From contig JAZQGH010000121.1 in the NCBI GenBank assembly GCA_045539925.1, forward strand, positions 8,572 through 72,571: DNA of 64,000 nt, read 5' to 3'. This document shows positions 1 through 9,735 of the stretch, piece after piece. The notes under the pieces are model-generated. The model was not told where the DNA came from and did not search any database. It saw only the letters and a program-made list of their open reading frames with translations. Source of the stretch: Acutalibacteraceae bacterium (GTDB taxonomy: Bacteria > Bacillota > Clostridia > Oscillospirales > Acutalibacteraceae). Position 1 is the first letter of the stretch. The number at the start of each line of letters is the position of its first letter. Made by a program: the position numbers and the translations under genes.

Positions 1-769
1 TCCTATAAAACTTTCATAATTCTCACCTTGATCCATAACAGTTTTTATCTTATTCAAAAACTGAGTTATTGCACTCTCCTGAACGGTAGTACAGCTTCCT
101 TTTTCAGAGATAATATATTCCTTAATAAAGCTTCTAGCATGATGCTCGGAGAACAATCCAATCTCATAATGCACATAGGGGATATTGTTTGACTTTAGAA
201 ATTCGCCAATATTTTGAGCCGTTTCTGTTCTAGAGAAAAATGCAGCATATGGTTGCTTACAATCTTTTAATATACCATCCATATCAGTTATAAAAGATCG
301 AACCATATGTTCACCAGAATTAACCTCAGACTCATCAAAAGCATCTACCACCAAAACGGTTTTAGCTTCCATAAGCGCATTAATATATGACGAATATTCT
401 ATTGCTCCTATCGAGGTGATCAATGTACCATTAAATGTTTTTTCACCCAAATGTATATCCGCCAAGTTCCAATACAAAGATGAATATTTGTGTGCGATAT
501 GCTTTGCTAATGCACTTTTTCCCGTAGCTCCAGGCGCGGAAAACAATACAATACGAGGTGATGCATCCGTATTGCATTCATGAAACGTAGGTGATACATA
601 GAAAGGTTTTTCCCGAATTAAACTAATAGACTTGTGTGCTTCAGGCATAAGAATAATTTCATATTGTTCTTTTATATGCGCAAAAATTGATTCAATCGTC
701 ATACTATTACCTCGTTGATTAATCTCTATTATTTTGGCATATTTATTATACAGAATTTTGTTGTTCATG
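1..769 (-). CDS. P-loop NTPase, N-terminal ~256 aa; gene continues past window start
   Basis: Minus-strand ORF absent from the ORF track because it is truncated at the edge. ATG at 767-769 is preceded by GGAG. Translation contains Walker A GAPGTGKS and Walker B-like VLVVDAFDE. Confidence 0.55.
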
Positions 770-943
770 TCAATAGCTCCTATCATTCATAATTGATACA
801 TTTTATTTTACTACATCCATAATATATTAATTTGTCACAATATGCTTAAAGTGCTTGCTAACTTATGTTTATACTTAAAAAACATGTTTATTAACCCATT
901 ATTATACATATGTCCTAGTGTATTGAGTGGATGGAAGACGCTT

Positions 944-1153
944 TCAATTCAATTTGACTTTATTCATAAATGCCATTTCGTAGGCAAGGTCTCTTGCTGT
1001 AGTTCTACGATAGTAGGTATCGTGGCTTATGATGCCGTTATCCTCTATATCGTTTTCCGCGATTTCTATAACCTGCTTAACGATAAAATGCTTTGTTCTA
1101 TAGACGTTATCTGCGTCGATTAGAAAGTCTGGTGTTATTCTTTCAAGTACCAT
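944..1153 (-). CDS. hypothetical small protein (69 aa)
   Basis: ORF whose start overlaps the stop of the upstream gene at 1153 (ATGA coupling). No recognisable domain. Confidence 0.35.
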   Translation of the reverse strand: MVLERITPDFLIDADNVYRTKHFIVKQVIEIAENDIEDNGIISHDTYYRRTTARDLAYEMAFMNKVKLN

Positions 1154-1461
1154 TAAGCTGCCTCCTTATTGAATTCGTTATAAAAGAAATTGATTATTTG
1201 CTTGTTAATTTTATAAACGTAGCTTACTGAGAAGCCAAGCTCTTCTGCTGCCAACTCGTAAGTACAACACTTAACGTAAAGTGCAACATAGATTTCATAA
1301 AGTCTTGGGGATGCATTACAGATCGCCTGATTATACAGGTTAACGGTCTGTAAAATACCATTTTTACCTACGGAGTCAAAAGCTTTGTCGAAAATGTCTC
1401 GACGTGCGAAATAGTAACGAATATCTTCAAGATTTTTCCTTATTTGATTAGTTGTTATCAT
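1153..1461 (-). CDS. small HTH regulator, sigma-70 region-4-like (phage late-activator-like)
   Basis: Internal ATG (MITTNQIRK...) at 1461 has a GGAG RBS. C-terminus YELAAEELGFSVSYVYKINKQ resembles sigma region 4 / ArpU-type HTH. The longer tracked ORF start lacks an RBS. Confidence 0.4.
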   Translation of the reverse strand: MITTNQIRKNLEDIRYYFARRDIFDKAFDSVGKNGILQTVNLYNQAICNASPRLYEIYVALYVKCCTYELAAEELGFSVSYVYKINKQIINFFYNEFNKEAA

Positions 1462-1666
1462 AATTATTCTCCTTTTCTTTGTTATGGTTATGCCGGGAGA
1501 AAAATGCCTCCACAAACAGTAACCCGATTTTCTGATTACCATTCGTAGAGGCTATATCTATAGATATTCCTTTGACACGAATCTTATCTATACAGTAGTG
1601 ATTAAGGATTTACCCGAACACTATTTCAGCTCGACCTTATATTTGCCATGTAGACGACTAAGATTA

Positions 1667-1858
1667 TTAATTTGCAGTGCTTCTGACGATCTTGATATGC
1701 CTTTCTCTTTCAGAATGCTGCTTGCTAAAGATGGATGAATGACAGACGGGACATTTGCCCGAGTAGCTTCCATTCTTTGCTGCTTTTACTTTCATATAAT
1801 TAAGGCATTCAGGACATCTCATAATGACAGTTTTGGCCACTTTATTTGAGTTTTCCAA
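1667..1858 (-). CDS. zinc-ribbon protein (CPEC...CPVC)
   Basis: 63-aa ORF with two CxxC pairs (MRCPECLNYMK...GKCPVCH). TTG start with GGAGG 8 nt upstream; an alternative ATG lies 12 codons in. Confidence 0.4.
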   Translation of the reverse strand: MENSNKVAKTVIMRCPECLNYMKVKAAKNGSYSGKCPVCHSSIFSKQHSERERHIKIVRSTAN

Positions 1859-2023
1859 TGTTTATACCTCCTTCTTCCCAATTCACACAACAGGAGGAGA
1901 ACTAGATATAACCAAGCAAGGGCTGGGAAACCACAAACCGAGTTTATCTTCCTTTGTGTGTTAATCTAATCCAAAGCTAATATCAATCAATTATGCTTTT
2001 GCCCTGGTTTTGACTATAATAGT

Positions 2024-2674
2024 TTACAAAACAATCTTTTGGGGCGAATGAATCACGTTATCTACAATCCCAAGTATTTCCCATTCCCCCTCAGGATAAA
2101 TGTTTTTATATACCAGATTTCCATGTTCATCAACCTCATCATTAGCAGGCTTAAGATAATACTTTCTATTCTCTCTAGCTAAAACCTTGGCGGTTGCTTC
2201 TTCGTTATTCACTCTCGCAATTACAACGTCTCCGACTTTGGCTGTTCTTTGAACTTTTACAACCATAAGGTCTCCGTCAAAAATACCGCGCTTGATCATA
2301 CTGTTGCCTTTTGCTTTTAAAATAAAATGTTGTTCAGCTCCAAATATCTCGACCGGTAACGCTACGGTAGCAACTATATTCTCTACAGCAAGGATTGGCT
2401 CACCGCAAGGACAAGTTCCTACAATAGATGCATTATTAGTTGTTCCGACACTAAGATTATCCGGAATTGAGATAACCTTTCGACTACCTCTCTGCTCTAA
2501 TTCAATCTTCCCTCTCTTTTCCAGAAGCTGAACTATAACCGAAACCCATCCCGTTGAGTTGATGCCGCATGAATTGGCTATTTCTCTATATGTGGGCGAA
2601 CGTCTCTCTTTAAAATGACAATCGCAGATAAAATTATATACGTCATTCAATTTTGATTCGTCAATCGTTCTCAT
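2024..2674 (-). CDS. lexA: LexA-family repressor (wHTH + S24 peptidase)
   Basis: N-terminal LexA-type DNA-binding region (YREIANSCGINSTGWVSVIVQLLEKRGKIE). C-terminal S24 motifs (GNSM with catalytic Ser, downstream KRG/KVGDVV). Start chosen at MRTIDESK with an AAGGCGAGG RBS. A Cheo box lies 23 nt upstream. Confidence 0.8.
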   Translation of the reverse strand: MRTIDESKLNDVYNFICDCHFKERRSPTYREIANSCGINSTGWVSVIVQLLEKRGKIELEQRGSRKVISIPDNLSVGTTNNASIVGTCPCGEPILAVENIVATVALPVEIFGAEQHFILKAKGNSMIKRGIFDGDLMVVKVQRTAKVGDVVIARVNNEEATAKVLARENRKYYLKPANDEVDEHGNLVYKNIYPEGEWEILGIVDNVIHSPQKIVL

Positions 2675-2696
2675 TTGGATACCTCGCCTTCTTAAG

Positions 2697-2711
2697 CGAA
2701 CATCTTGTTCG
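2697..2711 (-). promoter_or_regulatory. LexA (Cheo) box CGAACATCTTGTTCG
   Basis: Perfect GAAC-N4-GTTC palindrome flanked by C/G. It sits between the candidate -10 and the lexA start codon. Confidence 0.65.
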
Positions 2712-2718
2712 TGATTGA

Positions 2719-2747
2719 ATGATAACATAAAAATTGAGAGCTGTCAA
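2719..2747 (-). promoter_or_regulatory. sigma-A-type promoter for lexA: -35 TTGACA, 17-nt spacer, -10 TATCAT
   Basis: Read on the minus strand: TTGACA gctctcaatttttatgt TATCAT, then 8 nt to the Cheo box. Confidence 0.45.
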
Positions 2748-2788
2748 CAGATTTTTTGAAGAATTTTTTTGGAAACTATTAGGTGTTG

Positions 2789-3004
2789 TCAATTGGCATC
2801 ACCTTTTGCTTTTTTATCAATGTAGGATTTGCGTTTAACGTAATTTTCATATTGTTTGGAAAGAACGCTTTCAAGAATGGTTGCCAAAGCATTTAAATCG
2901 CTTTCAGGCAATAAGCTTATATCTAGTTCTCCATCAATAAACACTCTTAATCCCGTATCATTTCCTTTTACGCTGATTTCCTGCAAGTTATTACCTCCTC
3001 TCAT
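2789..3004 (-). CDS. hypothetical protein (71 aa)
   Basis: ORF upstream of and co-directional with lexA. No recognisable motif. Confidence 0.35.
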   Translation of the reverse strand: MRGGNNLQEISVKGNDTGLRVFIDGELDISLLPESDLNALATILESVLSKQYENYVKRKSYIDKKAKGDAN

Positions 3005-3402
3005 GTTTGGTATCTACACTATACACCATTTGAAGAGAAATGAAAACTGATATTACTATACAAATTGAGTAATTTACTCCCCTGTTTTTCGTTTAGTCAT
3101 TACTTTAATATTTCATTGTAATTTCATTTTGGAATCAACTATCACAAAGCTTTACATACTTACCTTTCGGTTATTTGTGGTATCAGAAAAGGTTTTGGCT
3201 GTCAAGTGTGAAAAAGCTTCGCTGAAAAATACAAGATTAACTAAACTGCAACCCAAACCTTTTTCATATACTAAAAGGAAGAAAACACTCCACTTGACCG
3301 CCCTTACCTTTCCTGATAGTTTTGGGTTGCCGAAAGGTAGATTAATCCAAGCATATAAGAGTAAGTATCAAACGTATAAAAGTTTGGTAATTGTAGGACT
3401 TA

Positions 3403-3425
3403 TTTGAGTATAGCAAATACTCAAA
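3403..3425. promoter_or_regulatory. perfect 9-bp inverted repeat TTTGAGTAT-N5-ATACTCAAA upstream of the recombinase cluster
   Basis: Seen directly, 75 nt upstream of the first recombinase start. No T-run follows, so an operator is more likely than a terminator. Confidence 0.3.
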
Positions 3426-3500
3426 ATTGGGTAAAGAAATAAGTTCACTTTTAGAAAACAATCTTGTATGCTATAAATATCATCAAGAAAGGAGAATAAA

Positions 3501-5033
3501 ATGAAAACAGCTGTAATTTATGCTCGTTATTCCAGCTATGGACAAACCGAGCAGTCCATTGAAGGACAAATTCGTGAGTGTACTGAATACGCTCGTAAAA
3601 ACGATATATTGATTCTTGACTCGTACATTGACAGAGCTATGACCGGTACAAATGATAACCGTACAGACTTTCAGCGTATGATTAAGGATTCAACAAAAAA
3701 AGCCTGGGATATGGTTCTTGTCTATAAACTTGACCGTTTCTCACGTAACAAATACGAGATGGCTATACATCGAAAAACATTAAGAGATAATGGCATAAGA
3801 CTCGTATCCGTTAAAGAAAACATTCCTGATACACCCGAAGGAATTATTCTTGAATCTTTACTTGAAGGAATGGCTGAGTACTACTCGGTTGAACTTGCCC
3901 AAAAAGTAATGAGAGGTCAGAGAGAAACACGTATTAAAGGAAATTACTGCGGAGGCGGTATTCCTTACGGCTATAAAGTTGAAAAAATCGACGGTAGCAA
4001 AAAATACGTAATCCGCGAAGAAGAAGCTGCTGTGGTTCGTCGTATATTTGAGGAATATGCGGACGGCAAGATTTGTAGAGATATAATTGATGGATTAACC
4101 GCAGACGGAATATTTGCACGTGACGGAAAACCCTTTGGCAGATGTGCTATATATGGTATTCTTCAAAACGAAAGATACACTGGTGTTTATAGGCACAAAA
4201 TCGATGGAGCCTTCTACAAAACCTTCCCTCGTATATTACCTCAATCACTGTTTGATGCGGTGCGTTTGATCTGCGAAAGTAACAAACTTGGCAAACATTC
4301 CACTGAAAGCCCTTACCTGCTTAGAGGCAAAATCAAGTGTGGATATTGTGGTGCTAACGTGCGAGGTGATGCAGGAACTTCTAAATCTGGTGAAGTTATC
4401 CGCTACTATGCTTGTGCCGGAAAGAAAAAGATTAGCCACAAATGCAAAAAACGATCCTTGCGAAAGGACGATTTGGAAAAGCTAGTAATAGACGTTACGT
4501 CCAGGGCTTTAAAAAATGCTTCCAACTTGGAAATCCTAATTGACCGAATTTTAGAGTTAAACGATAATCGCTCTAAAACCAATGACACACTAGCTGCGCT
4601 CTACAAAGAACAGTTAGACGTTCAAACAGCTATTGAAAATCTGATGATGGCTATGGAACAAGGTATAATAACCAATACCACGAAACTTAGATTGCACGAG
4701 TTGGAAACACGCTTTGAAGAATTAAAGGCACAGATTAAACTTGAAGATTCCAAAGCCAGAATTAAACTCACAAAGCCTGAAATCATTAGATTCATCAACA
4801 AGGCAATTCACAAAGAACCTTCACAAATGATCAGATCTCTCGTCAAAAAGATAATCATTTTTGATGACAAGATTGAAATCTATTATAACATATCCGAAGG
4901 ATCAAAACCTGATGAGGAAACTCATCAGGCTTTTTCTTTTTATACAGAGGAATATACCTATAATAATCATGCGTGGTGGTATACGGCAAATGGTGGTGAA
5001 TCAACAAAAATAGAAGTTGTTTTATTTATTTAA
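3501..5033 (+). CDS. large serine recombinase (resolvase catalytic domain + recombinase domain + zinc ribbon)
   Basis: N-terminal VIYARYSS-YGQTEQSIEGQ serine-recombinase catalytic motif (nucleophile Ser). DRFSRN motif. Cys cluster KCGYCG...YYACAG. Coiled-coil C-terminus. RBS AAAGGAGAA. Confidence 0.9.
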   Translation: MKTAVIYARYSSYGQTEQSIEGQIRECTEYARKNDILILDSYIDRAMTGTNDNRTDFQRMIKDSTKKAWDMVLVYKLDRFSRNKYEMAIHRKTLRDNGIRLVSVKENIPDTPEGIILESLLEGMAEYYSVELAQKVMRGQRETRIKGNYCGGGIPYGYKVEKIDGSKKYVIREEEAAVVRRIFEEYADGKICRDIIDGLTADGIFARDGKPFGRCAIYGILQNERYTGVYRHKIDGAFYKTFPRILPQSLFDAVRLICESNKLGKHSTESPYLLRGKIKCGYCGANVRGDAGTSKSGEVIRYYACAGKKKISHKCKKRSLRKDDLEKLVIDVTSRALKNASNLEILIDRILELNDNRSKTNDTLAALYKEQLDVQTAIENLMMAMEQGIITNTTKLRLHELETRFEELKAQIKLEDSKARIKLTKPEIIRFINKAIHKEPSQMIRSLVKKIIIFDDKIEIYYNISEGSKPDEETHQAFSFYTEEYTYNNHAWWYTANGGESTKIEVVLFI

Positions 5034-5053
5034 AAAACAGAAAGGAGAAGAAA

Positions 5054-6571
5054 ATGAAAACAGGTGTTATTTATGCCCGTTATTCAAGCAATGTACAAAC
5101 CGAGCAGTCCATTGAAGGACAAGTTCGTGCAATCAAAGAATATGCTAAGGAAAACAATATACAAATTGTTGGATCGTATATTGACAGGGCCACAACCGGC
5201 ACCAACGACAATCGAGTTAATTTTCAAAAAATGCTAAAAAAGGCTTCCCAAAAAGCTTGGGATTACGTACTAGTATATAAGCTAGACCGTTTCTCACGTA
5301 ACAAGTACGAAATGGCGATTCATAAAAAAACGCTAAGAAATAATGGAATTCAATTAATATCAGTTACAGAAAATATCCCCGATACACCAGAAGGAATAAT
5401 TCTTGAGTCCATTCTTGAGGGCATGGCAGAATACTATTCACTTGATATTTCTCAGAAAACCAAGCGAGGCAAACGTGAGAGTCGCCTCAAAGGAAATTAT
5501 GACGGCGGGGCTATTGCCTACGGGTACAAGATCGTAAAGATTGACGGAGAATACAAAGCAGCGATTTGCGAAGAAAATGCCGCAGTGGTGAGACGTATAT
5601 TCAAGGAATACTTGTCGGGGAAGGTTGTCCAAAAGATCGTTGATGGTCTGAATGCAGACAGAATACGTAATCAAAGAGGCAATCCGTTCTCTATATGTAC
5701 CGTCACCGGTATTCTGCACAATGAAAGGTACATCGGTAGATGTAAGTACAGAGATGATAAAGTCTACACAAACATCTTTCCGCGACTAATTCCTGATGAA
5801 TGGTTTGAACTGGCACAAAGGTTCTTGAAAGAAAATTACCGAGGAGGCAATTCCACCAAAAATCCGTTTATTCTTAAAGGCAAGCTCGTGTGCGGATGTT
5901 GCGGGGGCAAAATGCGTAGCAATAGTGCAACAACTCCTGCTGGTAAGACTTTCCGCTATTATTCCTGCGTAAACAAGCTCAAAAGTAAAGAATTATGTAC
6001 AAAAACAAGTATTCATCAAAAAGAATTAGAGGAGATAGTTGTAAGCACCGTAAAAGAAACGTTTTCTTCTCCACACCATATTGACACTATTGTAGAAATA
6101 ATTTACAAGATAAATGAAGATCAGATAAAAGACAACATTGAACTCGCAAAGCTTATTACAGAAAAAGAGGAATGCCAAGGTGCTATAGATAATCTTATGA
6201 CAGCATACGAAGCAGGAATTATAACCAACTTAATAAACGAACGTTTATCGGTTCTTCAAAATCAATTAGCCGACATCAACAAAAAAATAGAAAAACGTGA
6301 TTTGGTTATGACGTCAACAATATCAAAAGAGGAAATAAGAAAACATCTTCAAGATATCCTTTCATTAGATCCTTTACTGATTATCAAGCTTTTGGTAAAA
6401 GAGATTCTTTTATTTGAAGATAGGATTGAGATATACCTTAACTACACAAAAACGACTGAACAATATATTGGACTTCATTCTCCCATACGGATATTCTCTA
6501 AAAAATACTCATTTATAAATTGCCAAAACAACACAAAACATTTAGAAACAGAAGCGTCTATATTCATATAA
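5054..6571 (+). CDS. large serine recombinase (paralog 2)
   Basis: Same architecture (VIYARYSSNVQTEQSIEGQ; CGCCGG...YYSC). Starts 20 nt after paralog 1 with an AAAGGAGAAG RBS. Confidence 0.9.
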   Translation: MKTGVIYARYSSNVQTEQSIEGQVRAIKEYAKENNIQIVGSYIDRATTGTNDNRVNFQKMLKKASQKAWDYVLVYKLDRFSRNKYEMAIHKKTLRNNGIQLISVTENIPDTPEGIILESILEGMAEYYSLDISQKTKRGKRESRLKGNYDGGAIAYGYKIVKIDGEYKAAICEENAAVVRRIFKEYLSGKVVQKIVDGLNADRIRNQRGNPFSICTVTGILHNERYIGRCKYRDDKVYTNIFPRLIPDEWFELAQRFLKENYRGGNSTKNPFILKGKLVCGCCGGKMRSNSATTPAGKTFRYYSCVNKLKSKELCTKTSIHQKELEEIVVSTVKETFSSPHHIDTIVEIIYKINEDQIKDNIELAKLITEKEECQGAIDNLMTAYEAGIITNLINERLSVLQNQLADINKKIEKRDLVMTSTISKEEIRKHLQDILSLDPLLIIKLLVKEILLFEDRIEIYLNYTKTTEQYIGLHSPIRIFSKKYSFINCQNNTKHLETEASIFI

Positions 6572-6710
6572 CATCTATATCAGTTTATAGAAATATGTCT
6601 TATGATGAATCATATGAAAGCTACAAATAATCAAAATTGGATAGTAAAATCAGTTTAAATTAGGCAAAAAAACATTTATACTAAATTCACTACATTGAAA
6701 GGAGCAAAAT

Positions 6711-8246
6711 ATGAAAAAAAGAAAACGACAAAAGAAATCTGCACCCCCGGCAAAGAAAATTGAACCAGCAATCAATAAAGCTGTCATATATGCCCGCTAT
6801 TCGAGTGAGCATCAGAACGAGCAGTCAATCGAGGGTCAGATACGAGTATGCACCGATTATGCCGAGCGTAATGGTATTGTCATTGTTGATACGTATATCG
6901 ACAGAGCCACAACAGGAAGAAACGACAACCGTTCAAGCTTTCAGCGAATGATAAAGAACTCGGCAAAAGGTGAATGGAGTATCGTTCTTGTGTACAAGTT
7001 AGACAGATTTTCACGTAATAAGTACGATATGGCTACAAACCGAAAAGAATTACGTAACAACGGTGTTAAACTCATTTCTGCCTCAGAGAATATTCCAGAC
7101 ACGCCAGAAGGAATATTACTTGAATCACTGCTTGAGGGTATGGCAGAATACTACTCCGCTGAGCTATCTCAAAAGACACTTCGCGGTCAACGTGAATCAC
7201 GGTTAAAAGGTAATTATCCAAACGGTGTTCCTATTGGATATAAGCTTGTTAATGCAAAGGTAGAAGTTGACGAACAATCTGCCCAAATAGTGAAAACTAT
7301 GTTCCAAGAATGTGCAAACGGTAAGACAACAGCTGAGATTCTCAACGTGATTAATTGCATGGGATATCGAACTAAAAAAGGAACCCCCTTTACCCATAAA
7401 GGTTTGGAGGCAATTTTACATAACGAAAGATACATAGGGATTTACAGACATCACACCGAAGGCGAGTACACTAATATTTTTCCACCCATTATTTCAAAAG
7501 AGCTCTTTGAGGAAGCACGACTTGCACGTGCTAATAACAAAAGCCGCGGACGACCTCAATTAACCGACTATTTCCTTTCCAAAAAATTAACGTGTGGGCT
7601 TTGCGGTGAACCTTTTGTGGTCTTGAATACTACAAGTGAAACCGGTAAAACTAATTACTACTATCGGTGCAAAGGACGGCGTGAACGCACCTGTACTCTC
7701 AAATTTATACGAAAAGAATTCCTCGAAGGAGTCGTTGTTGATGCCGTCATTCAAGCATTAAATACTCCAGACAACATAGAAGCTTTAGCAAGTAAAATAG
7801 AAGAGGTAAATAAACAAAAAACAACGGACAATCCGATTATCGCAAAACTGATATCCGAGCAAAAGGCTACCGAAGAAGCTATAAACAACCTTTTAAAAGC
7901 AATTACAATGGGCATCACTTCTGACACAACGAAACAAAGGCTTGTTGAACTTGAGAAAAAACTTGAGACAATATCTAACGACCTTGAGTTTGAACAAACG
8001 AGGGAAATGATAAGCATCTCAAAGGAAGAGATTAAAAAACACATACTCGATGCTCTCAATGAAAATCCTTCCGTTATGATCAATACTCTTGTAGAAAAGA
8101 TAGTGCTCTTCCCCGATAAGGTTGAAATCTTCTTTAAGCTTACGAACAAGAAAAGGCCTGATGAGTCATATCATCAGGTCTTTGCTTTTTTCACTAAGGA
8201 CTTCGAAACAAAGGAGGGCATATTAAGAGTACAGATTTTCATATAA
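6711..8246 (+). CDS. large serine recombinase (paralog 3, Lys-rich N-terminal extension)
   Basis: VIYARYSSEHQNEQSIEGQ; CGLCGE...YYRCKG. RBS GAAAGGAG. Confidence 0.9.
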   Translation: MKKRKRQKKSAPPAKKIEPAINKAVIYARYSSEHQNEQSIEGQIRVCTDYAERNGIVIVDTYIDRATTGRNDNRSSFQRMIKNSAKGEWSIVLVYKLDRFSRNKYDMATNRKELRNNGVKLISASENIPDTPEGILLESLLEGMAEYYSAELSQKTLRGQRESRLKGNYPNGVPIGYKLVNAKVEVDEQSAQIVKTMFQECANGKTTAEILNVINCMGYRTKKGTPFTHKGLEAILHNERYIGIYRHHTEGEYTNIFPPIISKELFEEARLARANNKSRGRPQLTDYFLSKKLTCGLCGEPFVVLNTTSETGKTNYYYRCKGRRERTCTLKFIRKEFLEGVVVDAVIQALNTPDNIEALASKIEEVNKQKTTDNPIIAKLISEQKATEEAINNLLKAITMGITSDTTKQRLVELEKKLETISNDLEFEQTREMISISKEEIKKHILDALNENPSVMINTLVEKIVLFPDKVEIFFKLTNKKRPDESYHQVFAFFTKDFETKEGILRVQIFI

Positions 8247-8413
8247 AAGCCAATAATAGCGTTTTCATTTTTACCACAAAATACACACATTTAAACATCG
8301 TTTTTACATTTTTCATCTAACGTGTAACAACACGTTATTAATACATATTACGTAGTAATATGAAGCTCCAAAAAAGCGCAAGTTTATTGTGATACTACCC
8401 CGTGAGACTAAAT

Positions 8414-8449
8414 AAGACCAATCCGAACGCGGATTGGTCTTATTTTTTG
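8414..8449 (+). terminator. rho-independent terminator after the recombinase cluster
   Basis: 12-bp perfect stem AAGACCAATCCG / CGGATTGGTCTT with loop AACG, followed by ATTTTTTG. Confidence 0.7.
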
Positions 8450-8589
8450 CCTAAAAAGGGTGTTTTTGCACTATTTTTAGCATTTTTTCACTATTTTACA
8501 CATAATTTTATAGTTTTTCGTAATTGGAAAATCAGATGCAGCAAAGCATTTAACTCTCCATTTTTCTTTTTTACAAAAAATGCACCATT

Positions 8590-9582
8590 TTATTCTGCAA
8601 GGATATCATCGATTTCTGCGAGCTCCGCGGCGGTAAGCGGCGTGCCTTCAAGGGCACGAACGTTTTCCTCAATCTGCTCGGGCTTGCTCGCACCGATGAG
8701 TGCACTTGTCACAATCGGATTTCGTAGTGTCCAAAGAAGTGCAAGCTGTGCCATGGTCTGACCGCGACGCGACGCGATTTCATTAAGCCTGCGGACGACG
8801 GCGAGCTTGTCCTCGGTTACGTCATTTACACACAGGAATCTTGGATCATTTATTGCACGGGAATCACGTGGTATGCCATTCAGATAGCGATTTGTCAAAA
8901 TGCCACCTCTAAGCGGTGCAAATGCAACGCATCCAACACCTTCTTTTGCCAACAAATCCGTAAGTCCTCGCTCAATAGAGCGATTCAGCATAGAATAATT
9001 CGGCTGATGGACCAGCATGGGCGTTCCCATTTTTCGCAAAGTTTCAATAGCAACCTTGCTTTGCTCTGCATCATAATTGGAGATGCCAACGTAAAGAGCC
9101 TTTCCGCTTCGAACGATCTGATCCAAGGCTCCCATGGTTTCCTCGATTGGTGTGCTTGGATCAGGACAGTGGTGATAGAAAATATCAACGTAATCGAGAT
9201 GCATCCTCTTTAACGACTGATCAAGACTTGAGATGAGATATTTGCGGCTTCCGCCACTTCCGTATGGACCCTGCCACATATCAAAGCCCGCTTTGGTAGA
9301 GATCACAAGCTCGTCACGGTGGGTATGAAAATCCCGATCCATGTGAATACCGAAGCTGCGTTCCGCTTCTCCATACGGAGGACCGTAATTGTTGGCAAGA
9401 TCAAAGTGGGTAATGCCAAGGTCGAACGCCCTGCGAAGCATGCTTTGCTGCTGTTCAAATGAAGTAATAGCCCCAAAGTTATGCCACAATCCGAGAGAAA
9501 TCGCAGGGAGAAGCAAGCCGCTTTTTCCCACGCGACGATACGACATCCTTTGATAACGGTCAGATGCAGGTTGATAATTCAT
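8590..9582 (-). CDS. aldo/keto reductase family oxidoreductase
   Basis: AKR hallmarks: GLWHNFG, catalytic Tyr region DLANNYGPPYGEAE, LISTKAG, C-terminal NAD(P)-binding stretch IPKSRAIN-like. Start at MNYQPAS. Confidence 0.8.
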   Translation of the reverse strand: MNYQPASDRYQRMSYRRVGKSGLLLPAISLGLWHNFGAITSFEQQQSMLRRAFDLGITHFDLANNYGPPYGEAERSFGIHMDRDFHTHRDELVISTKAGFDMWQGPYGSGGSRKYLISSLDQSLKRMHLDYVDIFYHHCPDPSTPIEETMGALDQIVRSGKALYVGISNYDAEQSKVAIETLRKMGTPMLVHQPNYSMLNRSIERGLTDLLAKEGVGCVAFAPLRGGILTNRYLNGIPRDSRAINDPRFLCVNDVTEDKLAVVRRLNEIASRRGQTMAQLALLWTLRNPIVTSALIGASKPEQIEENVRALEGTPLTAAELAEIDDILAE

Positions 9583-9735
9583 AAAGAATATCCTTTCTAA
9601 ATATAAATACACTTAGTCTATGCCGAAACTCTTTAACAGAAGAAGCAATATATCCGTGAAACGATCCGTAATCGGCTGAATAGTCCTAAACACGTGACAT
9701 TCCTTCCGAATCATTTTCCGGACACACCTAATTAA

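Larger units (their letters stand above)
1..8400. mobile_element. right end of an integrated AT-rich element (prophage/ICE-like) ending with three serine recombinases; left part lies outside the window
   Basis: Phage/ICE-type cargo (NTPase, small HTH, Zn-ribbon, LexA-like repressor) followed by a triple serine-recombinase module. There is a visibly AT-richer composition up to ~8.4 kb, then GC-richer housekeeping-like genes. The exact boundary is not determined. Confidence 0.5.

Noticed and set aside
842-1123. 93-aa plus-strand ORF
   Set aside because: It overlaps the minus-strand 69-aa ORF that is translationally coupled to its upstream gene. The plus ORF has no RBS and sits in an otherwise minus-strand block.
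2674-2728. Longer tracked start of the lexA ORF (MLSFNHEQ...)
   Set aside because: It would place the Cheo box and -10 element inside the coding region and has no RBS. The internal ATG at 2674 has an RBS and leaves the operator in the 5' leader.
3129-3407. 92-aa ORF upstream of the first recombinase
   Set aside because: No RBS. Lys/Leu-rich low-complexity translation. The region is better explained as the promoter/operator of the recombinase cluster.
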